Positions 61,740 through 64,000 of a stretch of DNA of 64,000 nt are shown in pieces. Under the pieces are notes generated by a model. The model was not told the origin of the DNA. It did not search any database and was given only the letters and a program-made list of their open reading frames with translations. Source of the DNA: a virus (Duplodnaviria > Caudoviricetes); IMG/VR virus record IMGVR_UViG_3300011008_000057, positions 2,205-66,204 of that record. One strand, given 5' to 3'. The position numbers and the translations under genes are program-made. The first letter of the stretch is position 1. Every line of letters starts with the position of its first letter.

Positions 61740-64000
61740 ATGGCAAGAGATTATAAACGCGGTTTGTCGCAAGAAGAGGTGGAAGAGAGCCGCCGCAAAC
61801 ATGGTGACAATGTGTTGACTCCACCTGCGAAGGATCCGCTTTGGAAGCAGTTTTTGGAGAAGTTTAGCGATCCAATCATTCGTATTTTGCTGATAGCCTT
61901 GTTGTTGTCGGTAGCTGTTTCGCTCTATCAATTGTTTACGGGCGCTGAAGGCCCCAGCGTGCTCCTTGAGCCTTTGGGCATCTTTGTGGCGGTGATGTTG
62001 GCCACAACGGTGGGCTTCGTCTTTGAGCTGAGCGCCAACAAGAAGTTCGACATCCTCAACCAGAGCGAGGACGAGCAGATGGTGACGGTGTATCGCGACG
62101 GTTATATCCAACGCATCGAGCGGAAGGATGTCGTGGTGGGCGATTCGGTGGTGATCGAGACGGGCGATGAGGTGCCTGCCGACGGCACGTTGATGGAAGC
62201 TGTGGCAATGCGGGTGAACGAGGCCGACCTGACAGGCGAGCCTTCGTGCTGCAAGACTACGGAGGAGGAGGAGTTCAAGCCTGATGCGACCTATCCTTCC
62301 AACTACGTTTGCCGTGGGAGCCAGGTGATGGAAGGCCATGGCACCTTTGTGGTCGAGAAGGTGGGCGACGAAACCGAATGGGGCAAGGTGTATCAGGGTG
62401 CACAAATCGACAACAAGGTGAAAACACCTCTGAATGAGCAACTTGACAAGTTGGGCAAGGCAATTACCATCGCCAGTTATGTGATTGCCGACTTGATCGT
62501 GGCATTGCGTCTGGTGATGTATTTCGTCTATCGCGACGATGTGCCATTCGATTGGATGAATTTCGCTCACTATTTGCTCAACACCCTGATGATTGCGGTC
62601 ACGCTCATTGTCGTGGCCGTGCCCGAAGGCCTGCCGATGAGCGTCACGCTGAGCTTGGCGTTGAGCATGAAACGGATGTTGGAGACCAACAACTTGGTGC
62701 GCAAGATGCACGCTTGCGAGACCATGGGTGCGGCCACGGTGATTTGCACCGACAAGACTGGCACGCTGACCAAAAACCGCATGAGCTTGGGCGACAGCCT
62801 TTTCTTCTGCTTGAGGAATGGCAACCTCGATGATTCCGAAGCCTCGAAATTGGTGGAAGAAGGCATCGCGGTGAACACCACGGCCTTCCTTGACTATAGC
62901 GACGGAAAGAAAGTGAAGGTGGTGGGCAACCCCACCGAAGGGGCTTTGTTGCTTTGGCTGTTCGACAACAGCGTCGACTTCGCCCGCATCCGCGACAAGG
63001 CCAAGGTGGTGAAGCAGCTGCCTTTCACGACCAAGTACAAATACATGGCGACGATTGTGAAGACTTCGTTGTCGGGCGAATATGCCCTTTATGTGAAAGG
63101 CGCTCCCGAAATCCTGATGAAGCGGTGCTCGACGGTCAAGATGGCCGACAACGAGGCCGGTATCCAATGGGTGAAGGACCAAGTGGACGAGAAATTGCAA
63201 GAATACCAAGGCAAGGCTATGCGTACCTTGGGTTTTGCCTATAAGTTCATCACGGTAGAGGAAGTGAATCAGGTGTTTGCGAACGGAAAACTGCAAGTGG
63301 ACGACCTTTGTTTCCTCGGCATCGTGGGCATCATCGACCCGATTCGCGACGATGTGGCCGACTCCATCCAAGATTGCCTCAATGCTGGCATCGGCATCAA
63401 GATTGTGACGGGCGACACGCCTGGCACGGCACGTGAGATTGGCCGTCAGGTGGGGCTTTGGACCGAAAACGACGATCCTGAACGACAGATGATTACAGGC
63501 AAAGAGTTTAACTTGATGACCGACGACGAGCTGCGCGAGCGCATTGCCGACTTGAAGATCATGTCGAGGGCCAGACCGTCCGACAAGGAACGACTTGTGC
63601 GCCTGTTGCAGGAAAAGGGAGAGGTGGTGGCCGTCACAGGCGACGGCACCAACGACGCACCCGCCTTGAACAAGGCCCAAATTGGCCTCTCGATGGGCGA
63701 CGGCACTTCGGTGGCCAAGGAAGCCAGCGACATCACCATCCTCGACAACTCGTTCAAGAGCATCGCTCGTGCCGTGATGTGGGGCCGCTCGCTCTACCGC
63801 AACATCCAGCGTTTCATCCTTTTCCAGATGACCATCAACGTGGCGGCTTGCCTCATCGTGCTTTTGGGCGCCGTTTTGGGCACCTCATCGCCGCTCACCG
63901 TGACCCAGATGCTTTGGATCAACCTCATCATGGACACCTTCGCGGCCATGGCATTGGCCTCGTTGCCGCCCGACCACAGCGTGCTGAACGAAAAGCCCCG
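61740..64000 (+). CDS. P-type Ca2+-transporting ATPase (partial, runs off window)
   Basis: Read manually from ATG 61740: LTGE, VPEGLP, CTDKTGTLT, KGAPE, TGD, GDGTNDAPAL. Confidence 0.95.
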   Translation, partial: MARDYKRGLSQEEVEESRRKHGDNVLTPPAKDPLWKQFLEKFSDPIIRILLIALLLSVAVSLYQLFTGAEGPSVLLEPLGIFVAVMLATTVGFVFELSANKKFDILNQSEDEQMVTVYRDGYIQRIERKDVVVGDSVVIETGDEVPADGTLMEAVAMRVNEADLTGEPSCCKTTEEEEFKPDATYPSNYVCRGSQVMEGHGTFVVEKVGDETEWGKVYQGAQIDNKVKTPLNEQLDKLGKAITIASYVIADLIVALRLVMYFVYRDDVPFDWMNFAHYLLNTLMIAVTLIVVAVPEGLPMSVTLSLALSMKRMLETNNLVRKMHACETMGAATVICTDKTGTLTKNRMSLGDSLFFCLRNGNLDDSEASKLVEEGIAVNTTAFLDYSDGKKVKVVGNPTEGALLLWLFDNSVDFARIRDKAKVVKQLPFTTKYKYMATIVKTSLSGEYALYVKGAPEILMKRCSTVKMADNEAGIQWVKDQVDEKLQEYQGKAMRTLGFAYKFITVEEVNQVFANGKLQVDDLCFLGIVGIIDPIRDDVADSIQDCLNAGIGIKIVTGDTPGTAREIGRQVGLWTENDDPERQMITGKEFNLMTDDELRERIADLKIMSRARPSDKERLVRLLQEKGEVVAVTGDGTNDAPALNKAQIGLSMGDGTSVAKEASDITILDNSFKSIARAVMWGRSLYRNIQRFILFQMTINVAACLIVLLGAVLGTSSPLTVTQMLWINLIMDTFAAMALASLPPDHSVLNEKP

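Overview
Positions 1 to about 59,030 are the right-hand part of an apparently intact contractile-tailed (myovirus-type) prophage in a Bacteroidales genome. Its left end, including the integrase and repressor, lies outside the window. All phage genes are on the + strand. In order they are: an early/accessory block (1-11 kb), head genes (Mu-like portal, F, G, Clp protease/scaffold, Ig-fused major capsid), tail and baseplate genes, a diversity-generating retroelement (DGR: target, hairpin, avd, TR, RT; 39.8-43.4 kb), an ECF-type sigma factor, terS, a lysis cassette, terL and a gp36-like adaptor. The prophage abuts the 3' end of a tRNA-Arg(ACG)/tRNA-Glu(CTC) pair. Host genes follow: pepE, a TerB-like regulator and a partial P-type Ca2+ ATPase. 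The most notable observations read directly from the sequence are: (1) a 116-nt TR/VR pair whose 12 differences all fall on TR adenines; (2) a 13-nt perfect (16/17 with one bulge) antisense match between the TR leader and the DNA just 3' of VR, a candidate RNA guide for target recognition; (3) long-range pairing that closes the TR-containing RNA; (4) an in-frame amber codon at RT codon 43; (5) six copies of an AAAC-N18/19-CTATT motif in front of late operons, the likely promoter of the phage ECF sigma factor; (6) an A-AAT-TTA -1 frameshift site in the tail chaperone; (7) a G8 tract that frameshifts a PAPS-reductase-family gene; (8) an Acb2/Tad1-like candidate anti-defence gene. All family assignments come from recognising motifs by eye; no database searches were run.
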